From an uncultured Alphaproteobacteria bacterium (GTDB taxonomy: Bacteria; Pseudomonadota; Alphaproteobacteria; Rhizobiales; Rhodomicrobiaceae): a DNA stretch of 64,000 bases. Position 1 is the first letter of the stretch, and each line of letters starts with the position of its first letter. A program made the translations under genes and the position numbers. The notes below the pieces were generated by a model, which saw only the letters and a program-made list of their open reading frames with translations, ran no database searches and was not told the DNA's origin. Of this stretch, positions 12,408 to 23,786 are shown piece after piece. The stretch spans positions 18,433-82,432 of the forward strand of contig CAWFOS010000003.1 of the NCBI GenBank assembly GCA_963817495.1, read 5' to 3'.

Positions 12408-13301
12408 ATGGCGAACGTCGGGTTCATCGGGTTGGGCATCATGGGGCGCCCAATGGCGAAGCACCTTCAGGATGCCGGCCATCAGTTGTTTCTGCACACT
12501 AGGAGGCAAGCGCCGCCAGAACTCGTTGAGGGCGGCGGTGTCGAATGCAAGAGCGGCGAGGAGGTGGCTCAAAGGTCCGAAATCATCATCACAATGGTGC
12601 CCGACACACCGGACGTGGCATCTGTTTTGTTCGGGCCGGAAGGTGTCGCGGAAGGTCTTTCGAAGGGCAAGATTGTCGTCGACATGAGTTCGATCTCGCC
12701 GATCGAGACCAAGGTTTTCGCCAAGAGAATCAACGAGCTCGGCTGCGATTATCTCGATGCTCCCGTGTCGGGCGGCGAGGTTGGCGCGAAAGCCGCAACC
12801 CTGACGATCATGGTGGGCGGCCCCGAGGGCGCGTTTGAGAAGGTCAAGCCGCTCTTCGAGACAATGGGCAAGAACATCACGCTCGTCGGCGGGAATGGCG
12901 ATGGGCAGACAACCAAGGTTGCAAATCAGATCATCGTTGCGCTGAACATCGAGGCCGTGGCCGAAGCGCTCCTGTTTGCGGCGAAGGCGGGCGCCGATCC
13001 GGCGAAGGTTCGCCAAGCGCTGATGGGCGGCTTTGCATCCTCTAAAATTCTTGAGGTCCATGGCGACCGGATGGTCAAGCGGACCTTCGATCCGGGGTTC
13101 CGGATCGAGCTTCACCAGAAGGATCTCAATCTTGCATTGCAGGGCGCACGGGCGCTTGGCGTCTCGCTGCCCAACACCGCCACCGCGCAGGAACTGCTCA
13201 ACGCGTGCTCCGCGAACGGCGGCAAGGCCTGGGATCACTCGGCCATGGTGCGGGCGCTGGAACTGCTTGCGAATTTCGAGATTGGTTCGAAGTCGGCGTA
13301 A
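12408..13301 (+). CDS. glxR: 2-hydroxy-3-oxopropionate (tartronate semialdehyde) reductase
   Basis: GFIGLGIMG Rossmann motif, DAPVSGG, KVANQI, FDPGFRIELHQKDL; operon context. Confidence 0.95.
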   Translation: MANVGFIGLGIMGRPMAKHLQDAGHQLFLHTRRQAPPELVEGGGVECKSGEEVAQRSEIIITMVPDTPDVASVLFGPEGVAEGLSKGKIVVDMSSISPIETKVFAKRINELGCDYLDAPVSGGEVGAKAATLTIMVGGPEGAFEKVKPLFETMGKNITLVGGNGDGQTTKVANQIIVALNIEAVAEALLFAAKAGADPAKVRQALMGGFASSKILEVHGDRMVKRTFDPGFRIELHQKDLNLALQGARALGVSLPNTATAQELLNACSANGGKAWDHSAMVRALELLANFEIGSKSA

Positions 13302-13335
13302 GCCGGGAAACGGGAGGCGCTGAGGGAGGCGGCTA

Positions 13336-14611
13336 ATGGTTACCGACCATCGCAGAGTGCTCTGGGATATGTTCGACGCGGCTGTGGCGGCTGCTTTGCC
13401 GAGCTGTTGTGTTCCGAAGCATCTTCCGCCGCCGCCGAAAGGCAGAACTGTGGTTGTTGGCGCGGGCAAGGCCGCGGGCTCAATGGCGGCAGCCGTCGAG
13501 GCTCACTGGCAGGCCCCTATAGAGGGCCTGGTAGTCACGCGCTACGGCCATGGCGTGCCATGCAAGACAATCGAGGTCGTCGAAGCATCCCATCCCGTGC
13601 CCGACGCGGCCGGACAGGCGGCCGCGCGGCAAATCCTCGAAATGGTCCGCGGATTGGGGCCGGACGATCTCGTGCTTTGCCTTATCTCCGGCGGTGGCTC
13701 GGCGCTTCTCGCGCTGCCTGCGCCAGGCTTGACGCTCGACGACAAGCAATCGATCAACCGCGCCCTCCTTAGAAGCGGCGCGACGATCAGGGAGATGAAT
13801 TGTGTCAGGAAACACCTCTCCGCAATCAAGGGCGGCAGGCTCGCCGCCGCGGCCGCGCCCGCCAAGGTCGTGTCGCTCATTATTTCCGACGTGGCTGGAG
13901 ACGACATTTCTGTGATCGCGTCTGGGCCGACTGCACCTGACCTAACCACGAGCGCGGAAGCGCTCGCCATCCTGGACAAATACAACATCGACGTGCCCCA
14001 TTCAGTCCTGAACCATCTGAGCGGCCAGCAGTCCGAAACTCCCAAGCCCGGCGATCCGCGCCTAGCAAACGTGACGAACATCTTGATCGCGACACCGCAG
14101 GAACTCGCTCGAGGCAGCCGCACGCGTGGCGCAGGATGCAGGTTTTCATCCGCTCATCCTGAGCGATTCCATCGAGGGGGAGTCGCGCGACGTTGCTCTT
14201 GTCCATGCTGCCATAGCCAGGCAGGTCGCAAGGCGCGGACAGCCGTCTGAAATCCCGTGCGCTTTGATATCCGGCGGGGAAACGACCGTTACGGTGCGTG
14301 GAAACGGACGCGGCGGGCGCAATGCCGAGTTCCTCTTAAGCCTCGGTCTGGCGCTCAAAGGCCACGCTGGAATTGCCGCGCTTGCTGCAGACACGGACGG
14401 GATCGATGGAAGCGAGGACAATGCGGGTGCGTTCCTCTTGCCGGACATGCCGGGGCGCGCAGCGGCGCTCGGGATCGATCTCAAGGCGCATCTTGCCAAT
14501 AACGATGCCTATACCGTGTTCGAGAAGCTTGGCGATCTCCTGATAACTGGCCCGACCCTGACGAACGTGAACGACTTCAGAGCGATCTTGGTCGACGAAA
14601 GGTCTTGGTGA
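13336..14611 (+). CDS. Glycerate kinase (TtuD/GckA, MOFRL family); frameshift near 14100
   Basis: VVGAGKAAGSMA, LISGGGSAL, RKHLSAIKGG, then ISGGETTV, GGRNAEF, DTDGIDG, TGPTLTNVNDFR in the next frame. Confidence 0.92.
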
Positions 14612-14740
14612 TTGCGGCACGGGCCGCAGGTCATGATTTAGAAAATGGAGTTTCCGGCAAGGGATAAAAAAAGCCCGCCGGTCCGAGGAGGAGGAAACGA
14701 ACATGGCCGGCCAGCCGCTCGCGCATGGCGGGAGGGCTTT

Positions 14741-16232
14741 GTGGCGCTCCTGATGCCGAAGCCCGAGGACGCGATCCTCGGCAACCGGAAAGCGTTGGCC
14801 ACAGCCCTGCGCCGGATCGTGCCATCCGAGAATGTCATCGACCAGGAAACCGAGCTTCGCGCGTATGAGTGCGACGCCTTTACAAAACCGGCAGTTGCCG
14901 CTGATCGTTGTCCTGCCGGAGACCGTCGAACAGGTCTCTCGCATCATGGCGCTTGCCGCCGAGATGAACGTGAAAGTGGTTCCGCGAGGCGCAGGCACAT
15001 CGCTGTCGGGCGGATCGCTGCCGCTCGCCGACGGTATTTTGCTCGGAATGGGAAAGTTCAATTCCATTCTCGAAGTGGATTTTCCGAACCGCTGCGTGCG
15101 TGTGCAGCCCGGCGTGACAAATCTCGCGATCACCAACGCCGTCGAGCACGAAGGCTTCTATTACGCGCCCGACCCGTCATCGCAGATCGCCTGCTCCATT
15201 GGCGGCAATGTCGGGGAAAATTCAGGCGGCGTGCACTGCCTGAAATACGGCCTGACGACAAACAACATTCTCGGTCTCGAAATCGTATTGATGGGCGGCG
15301 AGGTGGTGCGGCTTGGTGGCAAACATCTCGATTCCGAGTTTTACGATCTCATGGGTCTGATGACCGGGTCCGAGGGTTTGCTCGGAGTCATCACCGAGGT
15401 CACGGTTCGTATTCTGCGAAAGCCCCAGTGCGCTCGCGGCATTCTCATCGGGTTTCCGAGCGTCGAAGCCGGGGCCGGCTGCGTGGCTGCGATCATCGCC
15501 CGCGGCATTATACCGGGCGGCCTCGAAATGATGGACCGCATGGCCATTCTCGCGGCCGAGGATTTCTCTGCCTGCGGCTATCCACGCGATGCGGAGTCGA
15601 TCATCATCTGCGAAGTGGATGGCACCCCCGCCGAGGTCGACTATCTGATCGATCGCGTATCGGACATCGCGCGCGGCGAGGGCGCTTCCTTCATAAAGCT
15701 CTCGCAGAGCGAAGAAGAGCGGCTGCAATTCTGGGCGGGGCGCAAGAACGCGTTCCCAGCCGTCGCTGCCATAGGTCCGGATTATCTCTGCATGGACGGC
15801 ACTATCCCGCGCAATCAGCTTGGTTTCGTGCTCGCAAAGATGCAGGACATGGCGCGCGATTTTGGCCTGCGCGTCGCGAACGTGTTCCATGCCGGCGACG
15901 GAAATCTTCACCCGCTCATCTTGTACGACGGAAGCAACGCCGGCGAGACGGAAAAGGCCGAAGCCTTCGGTGCTGCCATCCTCAGGCTCTGCGTCGAGGT
16001 TGGCGGTGTACTCACCGGCGAGCATGGCGTCGGCGTCGAGAAGCGCGATCTCATGCCCACGATGTTCAACGAGATCGATCTCGAACAGCAGCAGCGGGTG
16101 AAATGCGCGTTCGATCCCAATCACCGGCTGAACCCAGGCAAAGTGTTTCCCACGCTGAGGCGCTGCGCGGAACTCGGAAAGATGCACGTTCACAGGGGCA
16201 AGTTGCCCTTTCCTCATCTGCCGAGGTTTTGA
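14741..16232 (+). CDS. glcD: Glycolate oxidase FAD subunit; frameshift near 14885
   Basis: GTG start after GGAGG; RAYECDAF, PRGAGTSLSGG, APDPSSQIACSIGGN, FHAGDGNLHP, GEHGVGVEK. Confidence 0.93.
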
Positions 16233-16236
16233 GCCG

Positions 16237-17454
16237 ATGGACACCCTCGTTCCCAGAGATGAGCGTGAAACCGTCGAAATCGTGGCGGCTGCCATAGCCA
16301 ACGGAACTCCCTTGGAGGTCAGCGGAGCACGGACGAAGGCCGGACTCGGACGGCCCGTCACGGCGCAGGCGCGTGTCAGCACAGCTGGGATAAGCGGCGT
16401 ATCGCTCTATGAGCCGTCCGAACTCGTCTTGTCGGCGGGGGCAGGCACGCCACTTCGCGAAGTGACCGATCTCCTGGCGCAGCGCGGGCAGGAGCTTGCC
16501 TTCGAGCCTATGGATTACGGTGCGCTGTATGGTGTGGAGAGAGGTTCCGGCACGATCGGCGGACTGGTCGCGGTCAACGCGTCGGGGCCCCGGCGCATCA
16601 AGGCTGGTGCGGCGCGCGACCACCTCCTTGGATTTCGCGCCGTGAGCGGGCGTGCGGAAGCCTTCAAGTCTGGCGGCCGCGTGATGAAGAACGTCACAGG
16701 CTACGACCTGTCGAAACTCGTGACCGGCTCGCACGGCACTCTCGCCATTCTGACCGAGGTGACGGTCAAGGTTCTCCCGAAAGCCGAGGCGGAAGAGACG
16801 CTATTGATTTTGGGGCTCGGGGACGATGAGGCGATCCAGATTCTGACGGAAGCCTCCGGCCTGCCACATGAAGTTTCTAGCTTCGCCCATGCCCCTGCCG
16901 CAGCGGCGGCCTCGATGAATGGCGGCTTCAGCGGCCAAAGCGTCACGGCCCTCAGGCTCGAAGGACCGCCCATATCGATCGCGAAGCGCAAGCAGGACCT
17001 CGTTACGCACTTCAAAGTGCGATGCAAGGAGTTCGGCAGTTTGGATGCTGCCGAGTCGAATAGTTTCTGGATAGCGATGCGCGACGTCCTCCCGCTCGCT
17101 GCGCTCGATGCCGACATCTGGGGCATTTCAACCGCGCCAGCCGAGGGCGCGCGTTTCGTAAGCTTGGTCAAAAGTGGGGGCGTGCCGCTGAAAAGCTGGT
17201 TCTACGATTGGGCCGGAGGGCTCGTCTGGCTCGCCGTGGCCGCGGCGCCCGACTGCCATGAGAAATCTATTCGAGCCGCCGTCAATACCACGGGCGGGCA
17301 CGCGACCCTCATCCGCGCTCCCGAAAATGCCCGCGCCGCCGTGCCGGTCTTCCATCCCCAGCCGCCCGCGCTGGCGGCACTTTCCGCGCGTGTCAAGAAC
17401 AGCTTCGACCCCGAGCGTGTTCTCAATCGCGGACGCATGCGGGAAGACCTTTGA
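16237..17454 (+). CDS. glcE: Glycolate oxidase FAD-binding subunit
   Basis: YEPSELV, GPRRIKAGAARDHLLG, GGRVMKNVTGYDLSKL, FDP..LNRGR. Confidence 0.95.
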   Translation: MDTLVPRDERETVEIVAAAIANGTPLEVSGARTKAGLGRPVTAQARVSTAGISGVSLYEPSELVLSAGAGTPLREVTDLLAQRGQELAFEPMDYGALYGVERGSGTIGGLVAVNASGPRRIKAGAARDHLLGFRAVSGRAEAFKSGGRVMKNVTGYDLSKLVTGSHGTLAILTEVTVKVLPKAEAEETLLILGLGDDEAIQILTEASGLPHEVSSFAHAPAAAAASMNGGFSGQSVTALRLEGPPISIAKRKQDLVTHFKVRCKEFGSLDAAESNSFWIAMRDVLPLAALDADIWGISTAPAEGARFVSLVKSGGVPLKSWFYDWAGGLVWLAVAAAPDCHEKSIRAAVNTTGGHATLIRAPENARAAVPVFHPQPPALAALSARVKNSFDPERVLNRGRMREDL

Positions 17455-18809
17455 TGCAAACAAACTTCACCCTCGCTCAGCTTGCCGATCCAGATGTGGC
17501 ACGATCCGAGCGAATTTTACGAAATTGCGTTCACTGCGGCTTCTGTACAGCGACGTGCCCGACCTACCTGCTTCTCGGCGACGAACTCGATTCTCCTCGC
17601 GGGCGCATCTACCTGATCAAGGACATGATGGAGAAGGGCAGGGCAGCGGATGAGTTGACGGTGAAGCACATCGATCGCTGCCTTTCGTGCCTGTCCTGCA
17701 TGACCACGTGCCCGTCCGGGGTCGACTATATGCATCTGGTTGACCACGCGCGGGCGCATATCGAAAAAACCTACAAGCGTCCGCTCATCGACCGCTTGAC
17801 GCGAAGTTTTCTCGCGAGGGTGCTGTCCAATCCCTCCCTTATGAGACCTTCCCTGGCGGCTGCAACGCTTGCCAAGCCACTGAAAGGCTTCTTCAGACGC
17901 TTGCCTGTCGGTGACCGGATTGTAGCCCTGCTTGAGCTGGCGACATTTCCATCTTCCGCCGGAAAATGGGAGACGGCACCACAAGGCATCCGGAGGGGCC
18001 GCGTCGCTCTCTTGGCCGGCTGCGCGCAAAGCGTTTTGCAGCCGTCGATCAATCAGGCGGCCGCGCGCGTGCTTACCCGCCACGGGATCGAGGTGGTGAG
18101 CGCAAAGGACGAAGGGTGTTGCGGCGGGCTGGTCCATCACATGGGCCGCGAAGATGACGCCCACCGGTACGCCCAGAAGAACATCGACGCCTGGGTTTCC
18201 GAGATGGACCGAGAAGGTCTCGATGCCATCGTCGTCACGACATCGGGATGCGGCACGACGATCAAGGACTATGGGGAAATGTTCCGCGAGGATCGCGACT
18301 ATGCCGCGAAAGCGAAGCGGGTATCCGCCATCGCGAAGGACATCACAGAATATCTGGCGACGCTCACCCTGAACCAACCCGCGCGCAGGACCGGACAGAC
18401 TGTCGCTTACCACCCGGCTTGCTCGATGCAGCATGCGCAAAAAATCAAGGATCAGCCAAAGCGGCTCCTGGCACAGATGGGCTTCATAGTAAGACCCATT
18501 CCGGAAGAGCATATCTGCTGCGGTTCTGCGGGCGTTTACAACATCCTGCAACCGCTACTTGCTCGCCGACTTCGCGCGCGAAAAGTCGCCAATATCGAGA
18601 AGACAAAGCCCGACATCATCGCCGCCGGCAATATTGGCTGCATTGCTCAAATCGGACACGGCACGGCCTTGCCAATCGTCCACACTGTGGAGCTGATCGA
18701 CTGGGCGCAGGGCGGCCCTCTTCCCACGGCGCTTGCTAACGCTTGCTTCGAAGATCGCGCCGCGTCCCCCGTTCAAGAGCGGCCGAGCAACGAGGCGGCA
18801 ATGGCCTGA
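17451..18809 (+). CDS. glcF: Glycolate oxidase iron-sulfur subunit
   Basis: MQTNF, CVHCGFCTATCPT, DSPRGRIYLIK, CLSCLSCMTTCPSGV, two CCG domains. Confidence 0.95.
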   Translation: MMQTNFTLAQLADPDVARSERILRNCVHCGFCTATCPTYLLLGDELDSPRGRIYLIKDMMEKGRAADELTVKHIDRCLSCLSCMTTCPSGVDYMHLVDHARAHIEKTYKRPLIDRLTRSFLARVLSNPSLMRPSLAAATLAKPLKGFFRRLPVGDRIVALLELATFPSSAGKWETAPQGIRRGRVALLAGCAQSVLQPSINQAAARVLTRHGIEVVSAKDEGCCGGLVHHMGREDDAHRYAQKNIDAWVSEMDREGLDAIVVTTSGCGTTIKDYGEMFREDRDYAAKAKRVSAIAKDITEYLATLTLNQPARRTGQTVAYHPACSMQHAQKIKDQPKRLLAQMGFIVRPIPEEHICCGSAGVYNILQPLLARRLRARKVANIEKTKPDIIAAGNIGCIAQIGHGTALPIVHTVELIDWAQGGPLPTALANACFEDRAASPVQERPSNEAAMA

Positions 18810-18948
18810 AGGATTAAAATTGACAACGAAATCGCGAGTATCGACGACCATGAAATGCAGATAGCCGCAGCATCTGCGGAAGCACCCGCAGGCGTATAGT
18901 CTGCTCAATCCGCAGCAGCAGTGAATGGCCTCATAATAAAAAAGGACA

Positions 18949-20565
18949 ATGGGAGGTTTGATGTTCAGCCAGCTTTTAACTCCAGTCGCGGACAGCCTCG
19001 GGCTCTCGTTCCTCGTGGCGGTAATACCTATCGTGACGGTGCTCATACTGCTTGGCCTGCTTCGCTTGCCCGCCTGGATAGCCGCGCTGGCCGGGCTCAT
19101 CGTCGCGTTCATTATCGCGGTCAGCCTTTGGCAGATGCCAGTCAATCTGGCCTTGAACTCAGTCGCCAACGGTGCCGTCTTCGCGCTGTGGCCGGTAATG
19201 TGGATCGTGCTCAATGCGCTCTTGCTCTACAATATTACGGTGCGATCCGGTCGCTTCGACGCGTTCCGCAATTGGGTCGCCAGCTATTTGCCGAACGATC
19301 GCCGTGTCGTCCTTGTGGTGGTCGGATTTTGCTTCGGTGCGCTGCTCGAAGGCGTTGCGGGCTTCGGCACCCCTGTCGCAATCACAAGCTCGCTTCTGAT
19401 TTTGGTCGGCTACCCGCCACTTGAAGCGCTCGTCTTTGTCTTGATATTCAACACCGCGCCGGTCGCCTTCGGTGCTCTGGGCGTGCCCGTAACAGTCCTC
19501 GCCGCAGTGACGGGGCTTCCCGCTACGACACTCGGCGCGATGATCGGACGGCAATTGCCGTTCATCGCCCTCATCCTTCCCTTCTATGTCATGGCCCTCT
19601 ATGGCGGCTGGCGATCCATCCGTTCAATTTGGCCCGTCCTGCTCGTTGCCGGCGGCAGTTTCGCCCTGTCGCAATTCGTGGCCTCCAATTACATCGACTA
19701 TACCTTGACCGACGTTCTGTCCTCGCTCGGATCGCTCATTGGCACGGTACTCTTCCTTCAGATTTGGAGCCCACCAGATGAGCCGGAATTCTGGGTTGCG
19801 AATACGATGGAGGGCCGTCGCTCCAAGACCGTTGTGCCGGATTGGCAGGGCTGGCTTCCCTGGGTCGTCGTCTCGCTGACAGTGATCGCGTGGACCTCCC
19901 TTGAGATTGCCGGCATCGGCCAGCAGAAAATCCAGTGGCCTGGCTTGCATCAGGCCATTTCGATTACGCTCTACAACGCCAAGCCTTATGACGCGGTGTG
20001 GACATTCCAGCCCCTGGGGACGGGAACCGCGATCCTACTCGCCGATATCATCACCGCGATCCTGGTTCGCCTCCCTTTGAGAGCTTTCCTTGACTGCGTT
20101 ATCGAGACGCTCCGCCAGGTATGGCTCCCTGTTGTCACCGTGATGCTTATCATCGGCCTTGCCTACCTTATGAACTATTCGGGCCTCGCCTATACGCTTG
20201 GCAAGGGAGTTGCCGCAACGGGGCAGCTCTTCGTTCTCCTTTCGCCCTTCCTTGGCTGGGTCGCCGTCATGCTGTCGGGCAGCGACACATCGGGCAATGC
20301 GCTGTTCGGCAATCTCCAGGTCGTGGCAGCACGGCAGCTCAACCTCGATCCTGTGTTGTTCGCCGCGGCTAACTCGTCGGGCGGCGTCATGGGCAAGATG
20401 ATCTCGCCTCAGAACATTGCAACCGGGGTCTCGGTGACGAAGCTGGCGGGGCACGAGGGCCAGGTGTTCGCCCGCATCTTCAAACACAGCATCATTCTGA
20501 CGCTCTTGCTCGGCGCCTTGGTCGCAGCCCAGCAATATCTCGTACCCTGGATGATTCCCAAATGA
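18949..20565 (+). CDS. L-lactate/glycolate permease (LctP/GlcA family)
   Basis: FGALLEGVAGFGTPVA, NTAPVAFGALG, SGSDTSGNALFG, MGKMISPQ; very hydrophobic. Confidence 0.93.
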   Translation: MGGLMFSQLLTPVADSLGLSFLVAVIPIVTVLILLGLLRLPAWIAALAGLIVAFIIAVSLWQMPVNLALNSVANGAVFALWPVMWIVLNALLLYNITVRSGRFDAFRNWVASYLPNDRRVVLVVVGFCFGALLEGVAGFGTPVAITSSLLILVGYPPLEALVFVLIFNTAPVAFGALGVPVTVLAAVTGLPATTLGAMIGRQLPFIALILPFYVMALYGGWRSIRSIWPVLLVAGGSFALSQFVASNYIDYTLTDVLSSLGSLIGTVLFLQIWSPPDEPEFWVANTMEGRRSKTVVPDWQGWLPWVVVSLTVIAWTSLEIAGIGQQKIQWPGLHQAISITLYNAKPYDAVWTFQPLGTGTAILLADIITAILVRLPLRAFLDCVIETLRQVWLPVVTVMLIIGLAYLMNYSGLAYTLGKGVAATGQLFVLLSPFLGWVAVMLSGSDTSGNALFGNLQVVAARQLNLDPVLFAAANSSGGVMGKMISPQNIATGVSVTKLAGHEGQVFARIFKHSIILTLLLGALVAAQQYLVPWMIPK

Positions 20566-20622
20566 GCGATGCCATGAGGTGAGCACCGGCTGAGGAGCGA
20601 CTATAAAAGGTAGAGAACCGAT

Positions 20623-21083
20623 ATGGCTGGACTTGACGACATCGCCGAACAAAAAGAGTGGACCGACGCCATTTCATCCGTGATCGCCTTCGAGGGCACG
20701 GCCAGGGCAGATGATCTGCTTGAGGAAGTAGTGGCGGTCGCACGGCGCTCTGGCGGCCACGTCCCGTTCGCGGCAAACACCGCCTATATCAATACGATTT
20801 TGCCCGAAGCCCAGCCCCCTATCCCGGCAACCGGGAAATCGAGGACCGGATCAATGCCGCGATCCGCTGGAACGCAGCGGCCATCGTCGTAAAGGCCAAC
20901 AAGGAAAGTTCCGAGCTCGGCGGCCACATCGCATCCTATCAGTCCGCCGCCACGCTCTACGACATCGGCTTTACGCATTTCTGGCACGCGCCGTCAGATG
21001 CCCATGGGGGCGATATCGTGCTCGTGCAGGGGCATTCCGCGCCCGGGATCTACGCACGCGCCTTCGTCGAAGGGAGGCTGACG
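20623..21083 (+). pseudogene. aceE: 5' remnant of homodimeric pyruvate dehydrogenase E1
   Basis: TAYINTI, then (after a frameshift near 20820) IRWNAAAIVVKANK..SELGGHIASYQSAATLY, QGHSAPGIYARAFVEGRL; truncated. Confidence 0.9.
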
Positions 21084-21292
21084 GCGGCAGCATCCAGATG
21101 ATTACCGACGTGTCCATTGACCCGGCCGGCAACGTCTGGGCCGCGAACAACTGGAACAGTCTCGAAGCGGCCGCCTCCCCCGACCCGACCCGTCCGACGT
21201 CGACCTGGGGCGGAGGATCGGGGTTCACAGTCATCTATGGAGTAGCAGCTCCGGTGAAGGCGCCGCGCATCGGCAAAGTGCGGCCGAACTGA
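21084..21292 (+). pseudogene. C-terminal fragment of an NHL/beta-propeller-like protein
   Basis: ITDVSIDPAGNVWAANNW resembles an NHL-type repeat; abuts the aceE fragment directly. Confidence 0.6.
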
Positions 21293-21460
21293 TGCTGCGC
21301 GCCCCCCCCCGCGCGGATTTGAGCGTCGCGTATGCGTCGTAGGGCGAGATCTAACGCATGGGGCAGAGCGGATCTGCCATGACCGCAGCACCCTCGAATG
21401 CGGACGTGCAACAAGCTTTAGGGCGTTCCCAAGCAATTCCTAATGTCGGCTTTTGTATAG

Positions 21461-23554
21461 TTAGGTAGGTGTGCTTTGCGGGCTGATCTCCGCCTGCCTT
21501 GAATCCCCGACCGAGTTCTGGCCGAGCTCAGCCAGTGTTTCGCGCGCGGCACGCACCACGGCCTCGGTCGTGATGTCGAACTTCTTGTAGACATCATTGA
21601 TCTTCCCGGAGGCGCCGAAGTCGTGCATGCCGACGAAGCGGCCCTGAGGGCCAATATAGCGGTCCCAGGAAATTTCGACGCCCGCCTCGACCGCAACGCG
21701 AGCTGGGGAGGCGCCCAGCACCTCGCGCCTGTAAGCCGCGTCCTGTTCCTCGAACAGGAGGCGGCACGGCATCGAGACGACAGCCGTAGGAATACCGTCC
21801 CGCTGCAGGATGGTTCGCGCCTCGACCGCCAGGTGCAGCTCGGAGCCCGTCGACATCAACGTGATCCGGCGTGAGCCACCCTCTGCTTCGGCGAGCACGT
21901 ACGCGCCCTTTGCCGATCGGTTTTGACTACCGCTCTCTCGGCGGAGCAGCGGCATAGGCTGGCGGGATAGCGCGATCAGCGCAGCACGGCGCGGTGCATC
22001 GAGGATTGCTTCCCAACACTCCGCGGTCTCGATCGGGTCCCCTGGCCGGAACACGGCAAGGTGCGGAATCGCGCGAAGGGCGGCCAGATGCTCGATGGGT
22101 TGGTGCGTCGGGCCATCCTCGCCGAGGCCGATGCTGTCATGGGTCATGACGAAGATAGTGCGAATCTCCATCATCGCCGCGAGCCGGATCGCTGGTCGGC
22201 AATAATCGGAAAATGTCAGGAACGTGCCGCCATAGGGGATCAGGCCGCCATGCAGCGCTATGCCGTTCATTGCCGCCGCCATGCCGTGCTCACGCACGCC
22301 ATAATGCACGTAGGACCCGCCATACGCCCCGGGCTTGATCTCGACCTGATTCTTCGCCTTCGTGTTATTGGACGGCGTGAGGTCCGCCGAGCCTCCGAGC
22401 AGTTCCGGAATGGCGTCGAACAGGTGGTTCAACACCACGCCGCTGGCCTGGCGGGTGGCAAGATCCTTGTCGCCGGCGAGGAATTCCTTCCGCGCCGCGG
22501 CGATCGCATGGCGCCAGGCCTCCGGTAGATCGCCACGGGTGCGCCGCTCAAAATCCTGCCGCAGGCCCTCCGGAGTGGCCTTGACCCGATCGGCCCATGC
22601 CATGCGGCCGTCCCGGCCCTTGGCGCCGATCCTGTGCCACGCGGAGAGCAACGTCTCGGGGATTTCGAAGGGTGGTGAGGTCCAGCCGAGCAGCTTGCGC
22701 GCGCCGGCGATCTCGTCCTCCCCCGGGGCGTCGCTATGCGCCTTCTGAGTGCCGGCCCTTGTGGGCAGGCCAAAGCCAATAATCGTGCGGCAGGAGATCA
22801 TGGACGGCTTATCCGCGACCTGATGCGCCGCGATGATCGCAGCCCTGATAGCGTCCGTATCGTGGCCGTCGATCTCCTGGACATGCCAATGCGACGAGCG
22901 GAACCGCATCGTCTGGTCGTCCGACACTGCGAGGCTGGTAGCGCCGTCAATCGAGATAGAATTATTGTCGAAAAAAGCGATCAGCTTGCCGAGCTGTAAA
23001 TGGCCGGCGAGCGAAATCGCTTCGTGGCTGATCCCCTCCATCAGGCAGCCATCACCCATGAATACATAAGTGTAGTGATTGACCAGCGCGTCGCCAAAGG
23101 TCGCATTCATGATGCGCTCGGCGAGTGCTAGTCCGACAGCATTTGCCAGACCTTGGCCCAGCGGGCCGGTCGTGGTCTCAATACCATCCGCATGCCGGTA
23201 TTCGGGATGGCCTGGGGTCTTTGAGCCGACCTGGCGGAAGCGCTTGATCTCGTCGATCGTCATGTCCGCGTAGCCGGTGAGGTAAAGCAGCGCGTAAAGG
23301 AGCATGGAGCCGTGGCCGTTCGAGATCAGGAACCGGTCGCGGTCGATCCAGTACGGGTCCGCGGCATCGAAGCGCATGAAATCGGAGAACAGCACTGTTG
23401 CGATATCTGCCATGCCCATGGGCATGCCTGGATGGCCGCTCTTGGCCTGCTGGACAGCATCCATCGCTAAGACGCGGATGCTGTTTGCCATGTCGCGCAG
23501 GTGCTGATCGCGCGGCGCAGGTATCGATTGGGTCTTGTTCTGGCTATCAGCCAC
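21461..23554 (-). CDS. tkt: Transketolase
   Basis: [63 protein letters not shown]. Confidence 0.97.
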   Translation of the reverse strand: MADSQNKTQSIPAPRDQHLRDMANSIRVLAMDAVQQAKSGHPGMPMGMADIATVLFSDFMRFDAADPYWIDRDRFLISNGHGSMLLYALLYLTGYADMTIDEIKRFRQVGSKTPGHPEYRHADGIETTTGPLGQGLANAVGLALAERIMNATFGDALVNHYTYVFMGDGCLMEGISHEAISLAGHLQLGKLIAFFDNNSISIDGATSLAVSDDQTMRFRSSHWHVQEIDGHDTDAIRAAIIAAHQVADKPSMISCRTIIGFGLPTRAGTQKAHSDAPGEDEIAGARKLLGWTSPPFEIPETLLSAWHRIGAKGRDGRMAWADRVKATPEGLRQDFERRTRGDLPEAWRHAIAAARKEFLAGDKDLATRQASGVVLNHLFDAIPELLGGSADLTPSNNTKAKNQVEIKPGAYGGSYVHYGVREHGMAAAMNGIALHGGLIPYGGTFLTFSDYCRPAIRLAAMMEIRTIFVMTHDSIGLGEDGPTHQPIEHLAALRAIPHLAVFRPGDPIETAECWEAILDAPRRAALIALSRQPMPLLRRESGSQNRSAKGAYVLAEAEGGSRRITLMSTGSELHLAVEARTILQRDGIPTAVVSMPCRLLFEEQDAAYRREVLGASPARVAVEAGVEISWDRYIGPQGRFVGMHDFGASGKINDVYKKFDITTEAVVRAARETLAELGQNSVGDSRQAEISPQSTPT

Positions 23555-23604
23555 GGTGATCTCCTAGTGCCGTGCGGACGACGGTATCTGATGATGCGCC
23601 TCGC

Positions 23605-23733
23605 CGGCACGAGGTGACCGTCCATGACGTCAATGTGTATTCGATCCACTCCGGCCTGCTCTGCCTCGCGCACCTGTTCTTCCAAAGGGGCAAAATCGGC
23701 CGCAAGGATTGATGTCGCAAGCTTCATGGCCAT
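23605..23733 (-). pseudogene. rpe: 5' remnant of ribulose-phosphate 3-epimerase
   Basis: [12 protein letters not shown]...[17 protein letters not shown]; only ~43 codons remain. Confidence 0.88.
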
Positions 23734-23786
23734 CGATTGCATCTCGTGCACCCTCGATATGATCCGGCGATCCGGCCCTCGTCTGC

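Noticed and set aside
14645-16297. 550-aa ORF overlapping glcD
   Set aside because: Only codons from 14741 to ~14885 are real GlcD; the rest is off-frame read-through after the frameshift
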